Source: a virus
Reading direction: 5' to 3' (one strand)
UHGV virus genome: UHGV-0081034
Length of the DNA: 34,043 bases
The translations under genes and the position numbers were made by a program. The notes beneath the pieces are model-generated. The model was given only the letters and a program-made list of their open reading frames with translations. It had not been told where the DNA came from and made no database searches. This document shows positions 32,663-34,043 of this stretch, in pieces (positions within the stretch are counted from its first letter, which is position 1; each line of letters opens with the position of its first letter).

Positions 32663-34043
32663 ATGAGTACGACAGTAAACAGAGCAGTGAAATCATATCT
32701 TTTAAAGCGCGAATTCAATGTTGTATCAGACGATACATACAACCATATAGATGAGTGGCTTGACTGGTATCAGAATGATGTGGAGAAATTCCATAAGTAC
32801 AGTGTATACAACGGCGTAGTCATGACAAAACAGGATCGGTATAAGCTTGGCATGGCCAAGACGGTTAGTGAAGACTGGGCAAATCTTCTCCTGAATGAAA
32901 AGGTGGCGATTCACGCAGGAGGATATGATGCAAGGCTGACGGAAATCCTTCGGGCAAATAACTTCCAAACACGTGCAAATCAGCTACTAGAATTGTCCTT
33001 TGCGCTTGGAACAGGGGCATTTGTAGAATATAAAAATGCAGAGGGGGATGTGGTTATTGATTACATTCGGGCAGATATGATCTATCCTCTGGCATGGGAT
33101 AACGGAGACGTGACAGAATGCGCTTTCGGAACTCCTAAAGTTGTGGATGGGAAAAAGGTGATTTACATTCAGATTCACCGGTTTGGACGCAGCGAGGAGG
33201 AGAAAGGTGATGAGTACTATATCGAAAATAGATATATAGATCAGGAATCAGGGAAAGAGATTGATGCACCGGAAGATATTGTGGAAATTGTCGGCACGGA
33301 AAGCGTAGAGCCACTTTTTCAGCTGGTTACTCCCAACATTTGCAATAATATTGACTTGGACAGTCCACTGGGCATATCAATTTATGCAAATGCACTTGAC
33401 GAAGTGAAAGGATGTGATTTGATCTATGACAGCTATATGAATGAGTATGTTCTAGGTCGCAAGAGGATCATGGTTCCACTGAGTCAGGCGAAACGACAGA
33501 TGGAAGCTGACGGGGTTACAAATCCGGTATTTGATCCGAACGATACAGTCTACTACATTCTGCCTGAAGATCGGAATGGGGAGAACAAGCTGACTGAGGT
33601 GGATATGACGATCCGGGCATCGGATCATGAATTAGGAATGCAGAGAGCGTTAGATCTGCTCAGCTTCAAGTGTGGAATGGGTGCAGGACGCTATAAATTC
33701 GAGCAGGGCGGTGTAAAGACAGCTACAGAGGTTATATCTGACAAGTCTGATCTGTATCAGAATCGGCAGAAGCACTGCATTATTATATCTGCTGCAATCA
33801 TTAACCTGATCCGGGCTGTATCTTTCCTTGATCAGGGCGGAGTAGTAGACGCGACAGTGGATTTTGATGACTCCATTATTGAGGACAGTAATACAATTAT
33901 TGATAAGAATATCAAGTTGGTTGGTGCTGGACTCAGATCAAAGGTTAAGGCAATCATGGAGATCAATAAGTGCTCCGAGGAGGAAGCACAGGAAGAGTTG
34001 GAACGAATCAAAGAAGATGGACAAATTACCGGTCAGGACATTG
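32663..34043 (+). CDS. Portal protein (N-terminal 460 codons; ORF continues in frame into positions 1-113)
   Basis: ATG 32663 follows gggggtgag. SPP1 gp6-like portal by size and position after terL. Open to the end of the window. Confidence 0.85.
   Translation, partial: MSTTVNRAVKSYLLKREFNVVSDDTYNHIDEWLDWYQNDVEKFHKYSVYNGVVMTKQDRYKLGMAKTVSEDWANLLLNEKVAIHAGGYDARLTEILRANNFQTRANQLLELSFALGTGAFVEYKNAEGDVVIDYIRADMIYPLAWDNGDVTECAFGTPKVVDGKKVIYIQIHRFGRSEEEKGDEYYIENRYIDQESGKEIDAPEDIVEIVGTESVEPLFQLVTPNICNNIDLDSPLGISIYANALDEVKGCDLIYDSYMNEYVLGRKRIMVPLSQAKRQMEADGVTNPVFDPNDTVYYILPEDRNGENKLTEVDMTIRASDHELGMQRALDLLSFKCGMGAGRYKFEQGGVKTATEVISDKSDLYQNRQKHCIIISAAIINLIRAVSFLDQGGVVDATVDFDDSIIEDSNTIIDKNIKLVGAGLRSKVKAIMEINKCSEEEAQEELERIKEDGQITGQDI

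Larger units (their letters stand above)
1..34043. mobile_element. Complete temperate siphovirus (prophage-type) genome, circularly closed; integration, lysogeny, recombination/replication, packaging, head, tail and lysis modules
   Basis: Portal ORF at 32663-34043 continues in frame into 1-113 across the window junction. attP-like tRNA 3' fragment next to an integrase, with no flanking host genes. Full module order is that of SPP1-like Firmicutes phages. Confidence 0.7.

Overview
The window reads as a complete, circularly closed genome (34,043 bp) of a temperate siphovirus from a low-to-mid-GC Firmicutes host. The host assignment rests on Prp, XhlA, the ImmR/ImmA switch and choline-binding-type endolysin repeats. 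The portal gene starts at 32663 and runs off the 3' end. It continues in the same frame, with no stop, into bases 1-113, so the linear window is an arbitrary opening of a circle. This is also consistent with a headful, circularly permuted assembly with a PBSX-type large terminase.

Modules on the + strand, in order:
- Head: MuF-like minor head protein with a C-terminal toxin-like extension plus a small overlapping Cys-rich ORF; phage-encoded Prp protease; scaffold; major capsid; connector, head closure and tail completion proteins.
- Tail: tail tube, followed by a terminator; G/GT chaperones with an A-AAA-AAG -1 slip site; a Com-like zinc ribbon; an 803-aa tape measure; Dit; Tal; fibers with a ~30-aa 'GATAHD' repeat.
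- Lysis: XhlA, holin, amidase-type endolysin.
- attP: a 23-nt tRNA 3'-end fragment, a minus-strand terminator, and four copies of the 12-mer TTCGTGTTGCAT flanking the core.

On the - strand: a tyrosine integrase; a very AT-rich island carrying an OLD-family ATPase/Toprim nuclease, a Dam methylase and a Uma2 nuclease; and the ImmA protease plus XRE repressor. A divergent Cro paralog follows, with face-to-face consensus promoters and six or more CTTAGA(T/A)A operator repeats.

Back on the + strand: early genes (YqaJ exonuclease, DUF1351-like, RecT, RusA, a Lin1244-type replisome organizer, DUF551 and zinc-ribbon small proteins); a sigma-region-4-like late regulator; a second AT-rich two-gene moron (a 311-aa soluble protein plus a 4-TM membrane protein); a tRNA with a CAT anticodon; then TerS, TerL and portal.

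The observations I rank highest are:
- Prp-type LQ[LI]FA leaders on three structural proteins, including the predicted tail tube.
- The MuF-toxin and candidate immunity pair.
- The two AT-rich defence-like islands.
- A tRNA that looks like an AUA-decoding tRNA-Ile2.

All coordinates for features absent from the ORF track were derived by hand and should be re-checked computationally.
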